64,000 nucleotides of DNA. It comes from Gammaproteobacteria bacterium. Lineage in GTDB: Bacteria; Pseudomonadota; Gammaproteobacteria; UBA4575. Position 1 is the first letter of the stretch; the number at the start of each line of letters is the position of its first letter. A program made the translations under genes and the position numbers. Shown here one piece after another: positions 36,382-47,377 of the stretch. The stretch spans positions 512,001 through 576,000 of the forward strand of contig CBDEUS010000001.1 in assembly GCA_965243395.1 (NCBI GenBank). Direction: 5' to 3'. The notes beneath the pieces were generated by a model, which saw nothing but the letters and a program-made list of their open reading frames with translations, was not told the origin of the DNA and ran no database searches.

Positions 36382-36744
36382 ATGAGTGAAGCCAGCTTAT
36401 ATGAGCGTCTCGGTGGAGGAGACAAAATCAGAGATATCGTTGCCGATGTATGGGCAAATCATACTAGTAACCCTAAGGTTAAAAATCGTTATGTGAATAG
36501 TGACGGTGAAAAGGTTAAGCAAGTGGTATGGGAATTTTTCTGTTCGGGTATCGGTGGGCCTCAAGAGTACACGGGTCAAGACATGCTTACTGCTCACACG
36601 GGTATGAATATCAATGATACCGAATTCAATGCTGTATGCGATGACGTGCTAGCTGCATTAGACAAGAATAATGTGGGTCAGAAGGAAAGAGATGAAGTGC
36701 TTTGTATCCTCTATTCCATGAAAGGCGATATTGTCGACGTATAA
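36382..36744 (+). CDS. Group 1 truncated (2/2) hemoglobin
   Basis: SLYERLGG, GGPQEYTG.DM..AH.GMNI...EF motifs with proximal His; AAGGAG RBS. Confidence 0.92.
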   Translation: MSEASLYERLGGGDKIRDIVADVWANHTSNPKVKNRYVNSDGEKVKQVVWEFFCSGIGGPQEYTGQDMLTAHTGMNINDTEFNAVCDDVLAALDKNNVGQKERDEVLCILYSMKGDIVDV

Positions 36745-36764
36745 TTAGCTGTTTTAGAAAGCCT

Positions 36765-36795
36765 AAAAAAAGCCCGAGTTCACCCGGGCTTTTTT
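36765..36795 (+). terminator. Intrinsic terminator after the truncated hemoglobin gene
   Basis: AAAAAAAGCCCG ... CGGGCTTTTTT. Confidence 0.85.
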
Positions 36796-36884
36796 ATGCG
36801 TGTTAATTTATCCATCAGGTTGCGATTAGCCCATCTCCAAATTTTAGCCATCGGTCCGCATCACTTTATATATTGGACCATAGC

Positions 36885-36913
36885 TTGATGACTTGATGCT
36901 TTTTACCTATACT
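36885..36913 (+). promoter_or_regulatory. Sigma-70 promoter of the rimP-nusA-infB operon
   Basis: TTGATG-N17-TATACT. Confidence 0.6.
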
Positions 36914-36957
36914 AACTGCGTTTTAGTTTTGCTAAGTCATTGTTTTTCAATGATTCG

Positions 36958-36982
36958 AAAGGGCCCTATAAGGGCCTTTTTT
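36958..36982 (+). promoter_or_regulatory. rimP-leader terminator-like hairpin
   Basis: GGCCCT-ATA-AGGGCC followed by TTTTTT about 50 nt upstream of rimP, where gammaproteobacterial rimP leaders lie. Confidence 0.65.
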
Positions 36983-37032
36983 ATTGGTTAAGAAAATATA
37001 GCCAATAATTTAGCTATACATATATATAAGAG

Positions 37033-37515
37033 GTGAACTTGTTTAATGATCCATATGGCATTGTCCCGATAGTTGAACCTGTCATTGTAGGGATGGGTTA
37101 TGACTTTTGGGGCATAGAGTGTCAGGTGAGTGCGAATACCGCACAAGTGAGGATATTTATTGATCAGAAAAAGGGCATAACACTGGATGATTGTTCGCGA
37201 GTCAGTCAACAACTCAGTGCAGTATTGGATGTTGAGGACCCTGTTGAGGTGCCTTATACATTGGAAATTTCATCACCCGGGATCAATCGCAAGCTATTTA
37301 CAACCGAGCAAATGAAACGCTCTGTGGGTAGTGAGGTGAAGGTGAAAACGAGTTGGCCAATAGAAGAGCGAAGAAATATTCGTGGAGTTTTGCAACATGT
37401 CGATGAGGAAAACATAACTGTTCTAACCGATGAAGCTGAAAGTTTTGTTATTCCGGTTGCTGCCATTAAAAACGCAAGACTGAATGTAGATTTAAATTTA
37501 AAAGTTAACCATTAA
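37033..37515 (+). CDS. rimP: Ribosome maturation factor RimP
   Basis: GITLDDC..VS.Q.SAVLDVEDP...PY.LEISSPG..R motif. Confidence 0.97.
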   Translation: MNLFNDPYGIVPIVEPVIVGMGYDFWGIECQVSANTAQVRIFIDQKKGITLDDCSRVSQQLSAVLDVEDPVEVPYTLEISSPGINRKLFTTEQMKRSVGSEVKVKTSWPIEERRNIRGVLQHVDEENITVLTDEAESFVIPVAAIKNARLNVDLNLKVNH

Positions 37516-37538
37516 ATTTTTTAAGTTAGCAAGTAATT

Positions 37539-39044
37539 ATGAACAAAGAAATTTTACTCGTAGCCGACGCAGTTTCTAACGAGAAAGGTGTCGACAAAGA
37601 TATTATTTTCCAAGCCATAGAAGCGGCATTAGCTACTGCCGCTCGAAAAAAACATGGTATGGAAATGGACATACGTGTCGCAATTGATCGCGAATCTGGC
37701 GATTATGAATCTTTTCGTCGTTGGGAAGTGTTAGATGATGAAGATCCTGAATTTGAATCTACTGAAAGACAAATTCTTTATAGCTACGCAATTCAAAATC
37801 ATCCGGATATTCAAATAGGCGAATACATAGAAGAGCCGGTCGAGTCGGTTGCATTTGGAAGGATTTCTGCGCATACGGCTAAACAGGTCATTGTGCAAAA
37901 AATTCGCGAAGCTGAACGTTCACAAATTGTTGATATTTTCCAAGACCGCGTCGGTGAATTAGTAATGGGTGTGGTTAAACGCACGGATCATTCTGGCACT
38001 TATATTGATCTTGGAAATAATGCGGAAGGATATATACCACGTGATCATATGATTGCACGTGAGGCGATGCGTCCGGGTGATCGAGTGCGTGCATTCTTGC
38101 ATGAAGTCCGTGAAGAAGTGCGTGGCCCACAATTATTTTTAACACGTACTGCACCAGAGTTTTTAATTGAATTGTTTAAGCTTGAAGTTCCTGAAGTTGG
38201 GCAAGGCTTGATTGAAGTACTTTCAGCTGCACGTGATCCAGGGTTGCGCGCCAAAATTGCGGTGAAATCTAATGACCCTCGATTAGATCCTGTGGGTGCA
38301 TGTGTGGGAATGCGTGGTTCTCGGGTGCAATCTGTTTCCAACGAACTTGCGGGTGAACGTATAGATATTATTCTCTGGGATGAAAACCCAGCACAATATG
38401 TTATCAACGCAATGTCGCCAGCAGCAGTAACTTCTATCGTAGTAGATGAAGATAAAAATAGTATGGACATTGCAGTTGAAGATGAAAAGCTTTCTCAAGC
38501 CATTGGTCGGGGTGGACAAAATGTCAAGCTTGCGAGCCAGTTAACAGGTTGGGAACTTAACGTAATGACTGAAGGTCAGGCGGAAGAAAAAAGTGAAGTC
38601 GAGACACGTCAAATTGTGGAAATGTTTATGTCCCAACTTGATGTCGATGAAGAAGTAGCTGTAATTCTTGCTCAGGAAGGTTTTTCAAGTGTTGAAGAAG
38701 TAGCATATGTGCCACCTAAAGAACTGGTGGAAGTGGAAGAGTTTGATGAAGAGATTGTTGAAGAACTGCGCGCACGAGCAAGAGATGTGCTGCTAACCAC
38801 TGCATTGGCTACAGAAGAAAAATATGCGGATGCTGAGCCATCAGCAGATCTTTTAAATATGGAAGGCATGGATAAAGATCTTGCATTCGAGCTTGCTTGC
38901 AGAGGCATAGCCACTATGGAAGATTTGGCTGAACAGTCTGTAGATGAACTGTTAGAAATTGAAGGTTTGGATTCTGATCGTGCAGGTGCATTAATTATGG
39001 CGGCACGTGCTCCTTGGTTTGAAAACGATAGTGCAACTACTTAA
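37539..39044 (+). CDS. nusA: Transcription termination/antitermination factor NusA
   Basis: MNKEILLV, FGRI.A.TAKQVI.QK, ARDPG.RAKIAV, DPVGACVGMRGSRV and AIGRGGQNV motifs. Confidence 0.99.
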   Translation: MNKEILLVADAVSNEKGVDKDIIFQAIEAALATAARKKHGMEMDIRVAIDRESGDYESFRRWEVLDDEDPEFESTERQILYSYAIQNHPDIQIGEYIEEPVESVAFGRISAHTAKQVIVQKIREAERSQIVDIFQDRVGELVMGVVKRTDHSGTYIDLGNNAEGYIPRDHMIAREAMRPGDRVRAFLHEVREEVRGPQLFLTRTAPEFLIELFKLEVPEVGQGLIEVLSAARDPGLRAKIAVKSNDPRLDPVGACVGMRGSRVQSVSNELAGERIDIILWDENPAQYVINAMSPAAVTSIVVDEDKNSMDIAVEDEKLSQAIGRGGQNVKLASQLTGWELNVMTEGQAEEKSEVETRQIVEMFMSQLDVDEEVAVILAQEGFSSVEEVAYVPPKELVEVEEFDEEIVEELRARARDVLLTTALATEEKYADAEPSADLLNMEGMDKDLAFELACRGIATMEDLAEQSVDELLEIEGLDSDRAGALIMAARAPWFENDSATT

Positions 39045-39081
39045 TTAATATTTTAGTTATCAAATTTATACCTAATAAATA

Positions 39082-41619
39082 ATGAGTGAAGTAACGGTCA
39101 AACAGCTTGCAGATGTAGTGAATACACCTGTTGAAAAATTACTGGAGCAGCTTTCTGAAGCTGGTTTAGAGTTTAGTGCTGCTGACCAAATGGTTTCAGA
39201 TGAGCAAAAAATGCAATTGCTCGATCATTTGCGCAACAGTCGTGCAAAAGCAACAAAAAGTGTTTCAAGTGAAGGAAAAAAAATCACTTTACGCAGAAAA
39301 AGCACTTCACAGTTAAAGGTCGGGGGCTCTACTGGCAGAAATGCTAGTGGCGCGAATACCGTTAATGTCGAAGTTCGACGTAAGCGTACCTATGTTAAGC
39401 GTAGTGTTGTACTGGAAGAAGCTGCTAAAGAAGAACAAAAACGTGCTGAGCAACAAGCTGTTCGTGAAAAAGAAATTGCTGAACAACTAGAGCAAGCGGC
39501 TAAAGAAAAAGAAAAAGCAGAAAAAGCCAAACAGCAAGCTGAAGAAGAAGCTCAAAAAGCACTACAAGAGCAACAAGAAGTTGAAGTAGTTAAACAAAAA
39601 ACTCCTGAGCAAGAGGCGGTAGAGCAAGCTGCTGCAGAAGAAGCAGAAGCTGAAGTTGACCAGCCAGTTCCTAGCATTGAGGATGCGCCTCCTGTAGAAG
39701 TAGAAAAAGTTGTAAAAGAAGAAAAGAAGTCTAGTAAACCTAAAAGACAAGAACTGCATGTTGCAAGTGACAAGCGCGGTAAACGTAAGACTAAACCTAA
39801 ACAGCGTCGACCCGGCAAAGTCGCTCCCAGCGAAAAACACCAATTTGAAAAACCTGTTGAGCCTATTAAACGAGAAATATTAGTTCCTGAAAGTATTTCC
39901 GTTTCTGATCTTGCACAAAAAATGGCAATTAAAGCTGCAGAAGTTATTGCCGTGATGATGAAAATGGGGGTAATGGCAACGATCAATCAAATCATTGATC
40001 AAGATACGGCCATATTGGTCGTTGAAGAGATTGGCCATGAAGCCAAACCAATGGAAGCAACCAGCATAGAAGATGATGTTTTGCAGGTTGACTATGATGA
40101 ATCTGAAGCAAAAACAAGAAATCCTGTAGTAACCGTCATGGGTCATGTGGACCACGGTAAAACATCATTACTAGATTATATTCGTAGTACTAAAGTTGCG
40201 TCTGGAGAAGCAGGTGGTATTACACAACACATTGGTGCATACAGTGTAAGTACCGACAAGGGCACAATCACATTTTTGGATACACCTGGTCATGCTGCAT
40301 TTACCGCAATGCGCGCGCGAGGAGCACAAGCTACTGACATTGTAGTTTTAGTCGTTGCAGCAGATGACGGAGTAATGCCACAAACAAAAGAAGCTGTTGA
40401 ACATTCGCGTGCCGCAGAAGTACCTATGATTGTGGCAGTGAATAAAACAGATAAAGAAGACTCAGATCCGGAACGTGTACGTAATGAACTTGCTGCATTA
40501 GAAGTGCTCCCTGAAGATTGGGGTGGCGATACTATTTTTATAAATGTATCTGCACATACGGGTAAAGGTATCGATGAATTATTAGAGGCCATTATTTTGC
40601 AAGCTGAAATTTTGGAGCTTAAAGCTGTTGATCATGGCCCAGCATCTGGAATCGTAATCGAGTCTTCTCTTGATAAAGGCCGTGGCCCGGTTGCAACTGT
40701 ATTAGTTCAACAGGGCATGTTATCTAAGGGTGATATGTTATTAACAGGTGAAGAATTTGGGCGAATTCGTGCAATGTTTGATGAAGATGGCAATGAAATT
40801 GATAATGCCGGCCCTTCAACTCCAGTAGTAGTACTAGGCTTGTCAGGTGCTGCAAATGCAGGTGAAGAAGCCATAGTTGTTGCTGATGAGCGAAAAGTTC
40901 GTGAAATAGTTGATTTACGAAAGAGTAAATCCAGGGATTCAAAATTTGCTGCCCAACAAGCTTCTAAATTAGAAGACGTGTTTAGTCAAATGGGTGAAGG
41001 GGACACGGCAGCAGTCAATGTATTAATTAAAGCTGATGTTCAAGGTAGTGCCGAGGCACTTAAAGATTCGTTAGAAAAACTTTCTACAGAGGAAGTTAAG
41101 GTTAAAATTGTTATGGCGAGTGTTGGGGGAATAAATGAATCAGATGTAAATCTTGCAGAGGCTTCTAAGGCAATAATTATAGGTTTCAACGTGCGTGCTG
41201 ATAATGCTGCAAAAAGAACTGCAGGAGATGTTGGAGTAGAAATTCGATATTACAGTATCATTTATGAAGCGATTGATGATGTTAAGCTTGCAATGGGCGG
41301 TTTGTTGTCTCCTGAGTTGCGTGAAGAGATTATTGGTCTCGCAGAAGTAAAGGATGTGTTTAGATCTTCTAAAATGGGCGCAGTTGCAGGCACACAGGTT
41401 GTTGAAGGCGTCATAAAACGTGGCAATCCAATTCGCGTATTACGAGACAATGTAGTTGTTTATGAGGGAGAGTTAGAATCATTGCGACGCCACAAAGATG
41501 ACGTCAATGAAGTAAAGTCCGGTACAGAATGCGGTATCGCAGTCAAAAACTATAATGATGTACAGGTGGGGGATCAGATTGAAGTTTATGAGCGGACTGA
41601 AATCGCCCGCACAATTTAG
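39082..41619 (+). CDS. infB: Translation initiation factor IF-2
   Basis: [23 protein letters not shown] and DTPGHAAF GTPase motifs. Confidence 0.99.
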   Translation: MSEVTVKQLADVVNTPVEKLLEQLSEAGLEFSAADQMVSDEQKMQLLDHLRNSRAKATKSVSSEGKKITLRRKSTSQLKVGGSTGRNASGANTVNVEVRRKRTYVKRSVVLEEAAKEEQKRAEQQAVREKEIAEQLEQAAKEKEKAEKAKQQAEEEAQKALQEQQEVEVVKQKTPEQEAVEQAAAEEAEAEVDQPVPSIEDAPPVEVEKVVKEEKKSSKPKRQELHVASDKRGKRKTKPKQRRPGKVAPSEKHQFEKPVEPIKREILVPESISVSDLAQKMAIKAAEVIAVMMKMGVMATINQIIDQDTAILVVEEIGHEAKPMEATSIEDDVLQVDYDESEAKTRNPVVTVMGHVDHGKTSLLDYIRSTKVASGEAGGITQHIGAYSVSTDKGTITFLDTPGHAAFTAMRARGAQATDIVVLVVAADDGVMPQTKEAVEHSRAAEVPMIVAVNKTDKEDSDPERVRNELAALEVLPEDWGGDTIFINVSAHTGKGIDELLEAIILQAEILELKAVDHGPASGIVIESSLDKGRGPVATVLVQQGMLSKGDMLLTGEEFGRIRAMFDEDGNEIDNAGPSTPVVVLGLSGAANAGEEAIVVADERKVREIVDLRKSKSRDSKFAAQQASKLEDVFSQMGEGDTAAVNVLIKADVQGSAEALKDSLEKLSTEEVKVKIVMASVGGINESDVNLAEASKAIIIGFNVRADNAAKRTAGDVGVEIRYYSIIYEAIDDVKLAMGGLLSPELREEIIGLAEVKDVFRSSKMGAVAGTQVVEGVIKRGNPIRVLRDNVVVYEGELESLRRHKDDVNEVKSGTECGIAVKNYNDVQVGDQIEVYERTEIARTI

Positions 41620-41736
41620 GAAACCCTGATTTATCTCAATACTTTGTTAAAATTTCTCGAATTCGCTCATGTATAATTCAATACACATCGCTCTTCTCGA
41701 AATTTTTTGCCTCGTCTTGAGAAAAATCAGAATTTC
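41620..41736. repeat. Long imperfect palindromic element, copy 2
   Basis: Stems CTGATTT/AAATCAG, TCTCAA/TTGAGA, AAAATTTC/GAAATTTT and TGTAT/ATACA; identical CTCAATACTTTGTT (41635-41648) and GCCTCGTCTTGAG (41709-41721) as in copy 1. Confidence 0.85.
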
Positions 41737-41760
41737 TTTTAGTTCAAGCTAAGCCAGTTA

Positions 41761-42111
41761 ATGCAAGATCAATCCAGTAGACCGCTCCGCGTAGGGGAAC
41801 AACTGCGTCGCGAAATTACTAATCTATTACGCAATGAAGTTAAAGATCCTCGTATTTCAGAAGTCATTATTTATGATGTTGTGGTAAGCAAAGACTTAGG
41901 TATAGCAAAAGTATATTTTAGTCCAATGGAGTTGCAACAGGATGCAGCTGAAGTGAAAGAAGGCTTGCAAAGTGCCAGTGGGTTTTTGCGAACCCAACTA
42001 AGCAGAGCATTGCGTATGCGTAAAATTCCTGAGTTACGTTTTATTTTAGATGAAACTGAAGCTACCAGTGATCGTATTGAACAACTCATTCAACAAGGTC
42101 TGAATAAATAA
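41761..42111 (+). CDS. rbfA: Ribosome-binding factor A
   Basis: R..RV.E...REI, KDPRI, SKDL..AKVY and R.IPELRF..D motifs. Confidence 0.97.
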   Translation: MQDQSSRPLRVGEQLRREITNLLRNEVKDPRISEVIIYDVVVSKDLGIAKVYFSPMELQQDAAEVKEGLQSASGFLRTQLSRALRMRKIPELRFILDETEATSDRIEQLIQQGLNK

Positions 42112-42114
42112 TAA

Positions 42115-43023
42115 ATGTCTAGACGCCGAAGTAAGGGCCGTGATTTAAACGGCTTATTACTATTGGATAAATCTTCCGGCGAATCCTCAAATCGTGCATT
42201 ACAAAAAGTTAAAGCTCTATTTAATGCTAATAAAGCGGGCCATACTGGAACTTTGGACCCATTAGCAACAGGTTTATTAATTATTTGCTTTGGTCGCGCA
42301 ACAAAAATTTCTGATTTTCTATTGAACGCCGATAAACAATATCTAGTTACATTTAAACTTGGTATTAAAACTTCTTCAGGAGATATCGATGGTGAAGTAT
42401 TAGAGCAATGCGATACATCATCAATCACTCAAGAACAAATCAAGCAAGCGGCTGCAAAATTAACGGGTGATATAGAACAGACGCCACCAATGATTTCAGC
42501 CTTAAAACACCAAGGGAAAAGGTTATATGAATTAGCGCGTAAAGGTATTGTTGTGGACCGAAATCCTAGAAATGTAACGATTCATAATTTTGATCTCATT
42601 GATCGGCAGCAAGATTATGTCACTATGAATGTAACGTGTTCCAAAGGGACTTATGTTAGAACGTTGGTAGAAGATCTTGGGGAAATATTAGCTTGTGGAG
42701 CCCATGTCACAGCATTAAGACGTACAGCATTAGGGCCATTTATCGACCCGGCTATGTATAAAATAGATGAAATTGAGCAGTTAGCTAAAAAGGGAGAATG
42801 TTCGTTAGACAAAGTTTTATTGCCTACAGAGGAAGCTATAAAAGAGTATCCCGCAGTATCTATTGATGATGCAATGATACTAGATATTGAGCATGGAAGA
42901 CCCATTCAAATAGTTGAACTGTCTATGCATAAGAAGGTGAGGGTTTATGATGAGGAAATGCAGTTTTATGGAGTTGCAAGTTTAAATGAGCAAGGAAAAA
43001 CAGCAGTGAAAAGATTGAATTAG
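42115..43023 (+). CDS. truB: tRNA pseudouridine(55) synthase
   Basis: KAGHTGTLDPLATG, PPMISALK..GK.LYE.AR and CSKGTYVRTL motifs. Confidence 0.98.
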   Translation: MSRRRSKGRDLNGLLLLDKSSGESSNRALQKVKALFNANKAGHTGTLDPLATGLLIICFGRATKISDFLLNADKQYLVTFKLGIKTSSGDIDGEVLEQCDTSSITQEQIKQAAAKLTGDIEQTPPMISALKHQGKRLYELARKGIVVDRNPRNVTIHNFDLIDRQQDYVTMNVTCSKGTYVRTLVEDLGEILACGAHVTALRRTALGPFIDPAMYKIDEIEQLAKKGECSLDKVLLPTEEAIKEYPAVSIDDAMILDIEHGRPIQIVELSMHKKVRVYDEEMQFYGVASLNEQGKTAVKRLN

Positions 43024-43182
43024 TGTTCTCAGTACCCCTTTCAGAATAGGTACTTATGTGATTTATCTGGCAAGATATTTCGCTTGTTCACAGGGGCTTA
43101 CATGGTAGAATCGCCCCTCAAATTGTAGGCAGTATTGCAAATAGCAGGATTAAGGATAGTAAAGATAGGGCAAGAAAATAAG

Positions 43183-43452
43183 ATGACTATATCAGCAGAA
43201 GACAGAGCAGAAATTGTAAAGAAATATCAGCGTGACAGTAACGACACGGGATCCCCAGAAGTACAAGTGGCACTTTTATCAGCACGTATCACGCATTTAA
43301 GTGATCACTTTGATAAGCATAAAAAAGATCATCATTCGCGACATGGTTTATTGAAAATGGTAAATCACCGCCGCAAGCTTCTTGATTATTTGCGCTCAAA
43401 AGATCAAAAGCGTTATCAAGATTTAATCAGTTCTTTAGGGTTAAGACGCTAA
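43183..43452 (+). CDS. rpsO: 30S ribosomal protein S15
   Basis: [12 protein letters not shown] and [11 protein letters not shown] motifs, LGLRR end; ATG 43183 gives the canonical 89 aa. Confidence 0.98.
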   Translation: MTISAEDRAEIVKKYQRDSNDTGSPEVQVALLSARITHLSDHFDKHKKDHHSRHGLLKMVNHRRKLLDYLRSKDQKRYQDLISSLGLRR

Positions 43453-43525
43453 TACTTCGCTCTCTTTATTAAGAGCGTTGATAGTGGTCTTTTCCTTTAT
43501 GTATTCAACCAACGACATGCATTAC

Positions 43526-43558
43526 ATTTCATGGACACATGAGAGTGTCATATGAAAT
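43526..43558 (+). promoter_or_regulatory. Hairpin in the pnp leader (possible processing/autoregulation site)
   Basis: ATTTCAT-G-GACAC ... GTGTC-AT-ATGAAAT; its position matches the RNase III-processed pnp leader known in E. coli (inference). Confidence 0.4.
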
Positions 43559-43596
43559 TTTGCCCGATGAAAATTTAAATAAATTGGAAAGTAACA

Positions 43597-45690
43597 GTGA
43601 GTAAAATTACAAAGACATTTGCATATGGAGAACACCAAGTCACTTTGGAAACAGGTGAAATCGCAAGGCAGGCTGATGGGGCTGTGATGGTAGATATGGG
43701 CGGTACAACTGTAATGGTTACTGCTGTAGGGCAAAAAGAAGCTGAACTTGGTCGTGATTTTTTTCCGTTAACCGTGAACTATCAAGAAAAAACTTATGCG
43801 GCTGGAAAAATTCCAGGTGGTTTCTTTAAACGTGAGGGACGCCCAACAGAAAAAGAAACCTTAACTTGTCGTTTAATTGATCGTCCGATCCGTCCCATGT
43901 TTCCTAAAGACTTTGTCAATGAAGTACAAATCATTGCAAATGTAATGTCTATGAACACCGATATAGACCCTGATATACCAGCCATGATTGGCGCATCTGC
44001 TGCGTTGTCGATTTCAGGTATACCTTTTAATGGCCCAATGGGTGCCGCACGTGTGGGTTATATCGATGGAAATTATGTTTTAAATCCAAGTTACTCACAA
44101 TTAAAAAATTCGCGTTTGGATTTAGTTGTCGCGGGAACACAAAGTGCGGTGTTAATGGTGGAATCAGAAGCAGACATTCTTCCTGAAGACGTAATGTTAG
44201 GTGCGGTCATGTTTGGTCATGAAAATTTACAAACTGCAATTAGTGCAATTAGTGAGTTTGCAGCAGATGTAAATACACCTGCGTGGGATTGGGAAGCTCC
44301 CGAGGAAGATAAGTCGTTAACCGAAAAAGTCAATCAAGCTTGCTCCGCGCAATTAGGTGAGGCATATCAAATTGCTGAAAAACTTACGCGGCAGGGAAAA
44401 GTAGGCGAAATTCGAAATGCTGCTGTTGAATCTATTGCTATAAAAGATGAGCAAGGAGAGGAAAAAGGTCCATCCGAAGCTGAAGTATTGGCAGCATTTA
44501 AAAAAGAAGAAAAGAAAATCGTACGTGGTCGTATCCTTGCTGGTGAAAAACGAATTGATGGTCGAGAAAAAAATGCAGTAAGACCCATCTCAGTTCGTAC
44601 AGGCGTATTACCACGAACACATGGAAGTGCATTGTTCACCCGCGGAGAAACACAAGCATTAGTGGTAACGACTTTAGGTACAGGTAGAGATGCTCAAATC
44701 ATTGATGCTATAGAGGGAGAGTATAAAGACAACTTCATGCTGCATTATAATTTTCCACCATTCTGTGTTGGCGAAACAGGTTTTGTGGGATCACCAAAAC
44801 GCCGTGAAATCGGTCATGGAAAGTTAGCAAAACGGGGAATACAGGCGGTTGTTCCTAATGAAGAAGAATTTCCCTATGTAATCAGAGTAGTTTCTGAAAT
44901 TACTGAATCCAATGGATCAAGTTCAATGGCGAGTGTTTGCGGTACGAGTTTGTCATTAATGGATGCTGGTGTACCTCTTAAGGCTCCTGTCGCGGGTATC
45001 GCAATGGGCTTAATCAAAGATGGTGATGAATTTGCTGTACTAAGTGATATTTTAGGTGATGAAGATCATTTAGGTGATATGGACTTCAAAGTTGCAGGCA
45101 CAACTGAAGGTGTAACAGCACTGCAAATGGATATCAAAATTGAAGGAATCACAAAAGAAATCATGGATCAGGCACTGACGCAAGCAAAAGAAGGGCGTTT
45201 ACATATTCTCGGTGAAATGGCAAAAGATATTTCATCTGCACGTGAAGAAATGTCTGAATATGCTCCTCGGTTTACAGTATTAAAAATCAACCCGGACAAG
45301 ATTCGTGACGTTATTGGCAAAGGTGGTGCAACCATTCGTCAGCTTACCGAAGAAACCGGCACAACGATCGACATTGACGATGACGGCAATGTAAAAATTG
45401 CCTCGGTTGATAAAGCTGCCGGAGATGATGCAAAGAAACGCATCGAAGACATTACTGCAGACGTTGAAGTGGGTAAAACGTATGAAGGTAAAGTAGTTAA
45501 GATTATGGATTTTGGTGCATTTGTAAGTGTTCTACCTGGAAAAGATGGGTTGGTTCATATTTCACAAATCTCACACGAACGTGTTGAAAATGTTACGGAT
45601 GAATTAGCAGAAGGTGACATCATTAAAGTCAAAGTGCTAGAAATAGATAAACAAGGACGTATTCGACTCAGTATGAAAGCAGTAGAATAA
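43597..45690 (+). CDS. pnp: Polyribonucleotide nucleotidyltransferase
   Basis: [27 protein letters not shown] and [12 protein letters not shown] motifs, KH and S1 domains. Confidence 0.99.
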   Translation: MSKITKTFAYGEHQVTLETGEIARQADGAVMVDMGGTTVMVTAVGQKEAELGRDFFPLTVNYQEKTYAAGKIPGGFFKREGRPTEKETLTCRLIDRPIRPMFPKDFVNEVQIIANVMSMNTDIDPDIPAMIGASAALSISGIPFNGPMGAARVGYIDGNYVLNPSYSQLKNSRLDLVVAGTQSAVLMVESEADILPEDVMLGAVMFGHENLQTAISAISEFAADVNTPAWDWEAPEEDKSLTEKVNQACSAQLGEAYQIAEKLTRQGKVGEIRNAAVESIAIKDEQGEEKGPSEAEVLAAFKKEEKKIVRGRILAGEKRIDGREKNAVRPISVRTGVLPRTHGSALFTRGETQALVVTTLGTGRDAQIIDAIEGEYKDNFMLHYNFPPFCVGETGFVGSPKRREIGHGKLAKRGIQAVVPNEEEFPYVIRVVSEITESNGSSSMASVCGTSLSLMDAGVPLKAPVAGIAMGLIKDGDEFAVLSDILGDEDHLGDMDFKVAGTTEGVTALQMDIKIEGITKEIMDQALTQAKEGRLHILGEMAKDISSAREEMSEYAPRFTVLKINPDKIRDVIGKGGATIRQLTEETGTTIDIDDDGNVKIASVDKAAGDDAKKRIEDITADVEVGKTYEGKVVKIMDFGAFVSVLPGKDGLVHISQISHERVENVTDELAEGDIIKVKVLEIDKQGRIRLSMKAVE

Positions 45691-45711
45691 AAATTTATTA
45701 CTGCAAAAATT

Positions 45712-45739
45712 AAAAAGGGCGCATATTGCGCCTTTTTTT
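45712..45739 (+). terminator. Intrinsic terminator after pnp
   Basis: AAAAAGGGCGCA ... TGCGCCTTTTTTT. Confidence 0.88.
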
Positions 45740-45811
45740 ATGTCCGATTTCGGACTTAAGTTACTACTTACACTATGTAAGAAATTAGTTTTGTGAAATT
45801 GATTCACATTA

Positions 45812-46210
45812 ATGTTGCGTCAAACCGATTGGAGTCAATATGATTTGCCAAATGGTGCTGAGGAAAAAATAAAATCTGTTTTCTCGCTTGCAGGTTTGTT
45901 TGATATTCGCTTTTTGTTAGATAGCTTTATCAATGACGAAATAAATATGACACTTAAATCCGCAGAAGCTGTAAGTCCTCAATTGCTCGCAAAACCAAAA
46001 AATGATTTATGTCCTCTACACTTAATTTTGCCTGAATATGATACTGCTGAATTTTTTAGGCAAACAAAACAGTATCAGGATAAATTGCTGGAAGAAAAAC
46101 AAACATGTCATTTGAAAGTAGTGCATGAGAAAGATCATCTGACAATCATTGAACATTTAATCAATGATGATGACGAGCTATTAAATTACATATTGAAACA
46201 TATGGGGTAA
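45812..46210 (+). pseudogene. C-terminal remnant of an alpha/beta hydrolase (arylformamidase/esterase-like)
   Basis: TDW..Y.LP, SLAGLFD, VSP, EFFRQ and DH.TII resemble the C-terminal half of kynurenine formamidase-like hydrolases; no HGG or GxSxG motif, and an in-frame stop lies four codons upstream. Confidence 0.6.
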
Positions 46211-46216
46211 GAATTT

Positions 46217-46597
46217 ATGGAACATTCCACTATTTTAGATGCTGTAAAAAAAGCTTCTGAGTCATGGCAGGCTAATTTCAATGCGGGTGATGCTGCGGGG
46301 TGCACGAGTCATTATGAGGAAGATGCCATTATGAAGGTTAAGCCATTTGGTACATTTAAAGGTCATGATCAAATCATGGCGTTTTGGCAAAAAATTATTG
46401 AGGATGGTTTTACTGAAGTCGAATATATAGATCCACAATACGAAGTACTTGATGATACAAGTGCAGTGCTCAATTCTGGATGGCGTATGAATAAAGCTTC
46501 TGGAGTGATTACCAAAGAGCTTTGGGTTATTCAAGATAATGGCACAGTCAAATTGCGTGAAGATGATTTCGAAATAACTAATACAAAAGATAAATAA
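46217..46597 (+). CDS. NTF2/SnoaL-like (DUF4440-type) protein
   Basis: W...FNAGDAAGC...YEEDA....PFG...G...I..FW pattern of the NTF2 fold. Confidence 0.75.
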   Translation: MEHSTILDAVKKASESWQANFNAGDAAGCTSHYEEDAIMKVKPFGTFKGHDQIMAFWQKIIEDGFTEVEYIDPQYEVLDDTSAVLNSGWRMNKASGVITKELWVIQDNGTVKLREDDFEITNTKDK

Positions 46598-46648
46598 TAC
46601 TGGTCTTAGTATTGGCTGTTAGCAAATATTTAGTTCAAAATACACTTC

Positions 46649-47059
46649 ATGAGTGACAAACAAAAAATTAATAAAACAGACGAAGAATGGCGTAAGGAAC
46701 TAACGCCGGAGCAGTTTTATATTTGTAGACAAAAAGGAACAGAGTCTGCATTCAGTGGCAAATTTAATGCGCATAAAGAAAATGGTAGGTATGTTTGCGT
46801 TGCATGTAAAACACCATTATTCAATTCGGACCACAAGTTTGATTCAGGTTCTGGTTGGCCAAGTTTTTTTCAACCATTGAATAAAGAATGCATTCAAGAA
46901 GAGTTTGATGAATCATTTGGCATGCGTAGAACCGAGGTGATGTGTAATGTTTGTGGTGCACATTTAGGGCATGTATTTGAAGATGGGCCGCAGCCCACTG
47001 GCCTCAGATATTGCATTAATTCCATTGCCCTGGACTTTGATCCTGAAAAAAACATTTAA
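46649..47059 (+). CDS. msrB: Peptide methionine-R-sulfoxide reductase
   Basis: KFDSGSGWPSF and HLGHVF.DGP.PTGLRYCINS motifs, two CxxC. Confidence 0.98.
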   Translation: MSDKQKINKTDEEWRKELTPEQFYICRQKGTESAFSGKFNAHKENGRYVCVACKTPLFNSDHKFDSGSGWPSFFQPLNKECIQEEFDESFGMRRTEVMCNVCGAHLGHVFEDGPQPTGLRYCINSIALDFDPEKNI

Positions 47060-47256
47060 TCCTAGCCTAGATTTGTACAATCCAAATACCAAGATTGCCT
47101 GTCCAAGTGACGTGGTGGAGGCGGGGTGAATTATATTTATCTTCAATAAGTTACTTGCTGGACTCCGAGTTCGCTCGAGCTAGTTTTGATTTGGAGCCTT
47201 TTTTGATATCAGGCTCAAAATTGTTGAACCTATGCTACAAAAACACCCATTACGAA

Positions 47257-47265
47257 TGTTATAAT
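47257..47265 (+). promoter_or_regulatory. Extended -10 promoter upstream of the monooxygenase gene
   Basis: TG-T-TATAAT, about 110 nt upstream of a GGAGGT RBS and ATG 47378. Confidence 0.5.
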
Positions 47266-47377
47266 TTTCTTAAATATCAGTATGCTGGCTCAATAAAATA
47301 ATAAGTGCTTCATACTCGATAACGAATATCGTAACCCTATTTTTCTATAATCTACTTTCTTCTTGATGGAGGTAAAC

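Noticed and set aside
20554-37032. tRNA-anchored genomic island or prophage
   Set aside because: No integrase and no convincing duplicated tRNA 3' end; only an 8-nt GCCATCGG match near 36847.
47095-47301. 68-aa plus-strand ORF upstream of the monooxygenase
   Set aside because: No RBS or recognisable motif, and it overlaps the likely promoter region.
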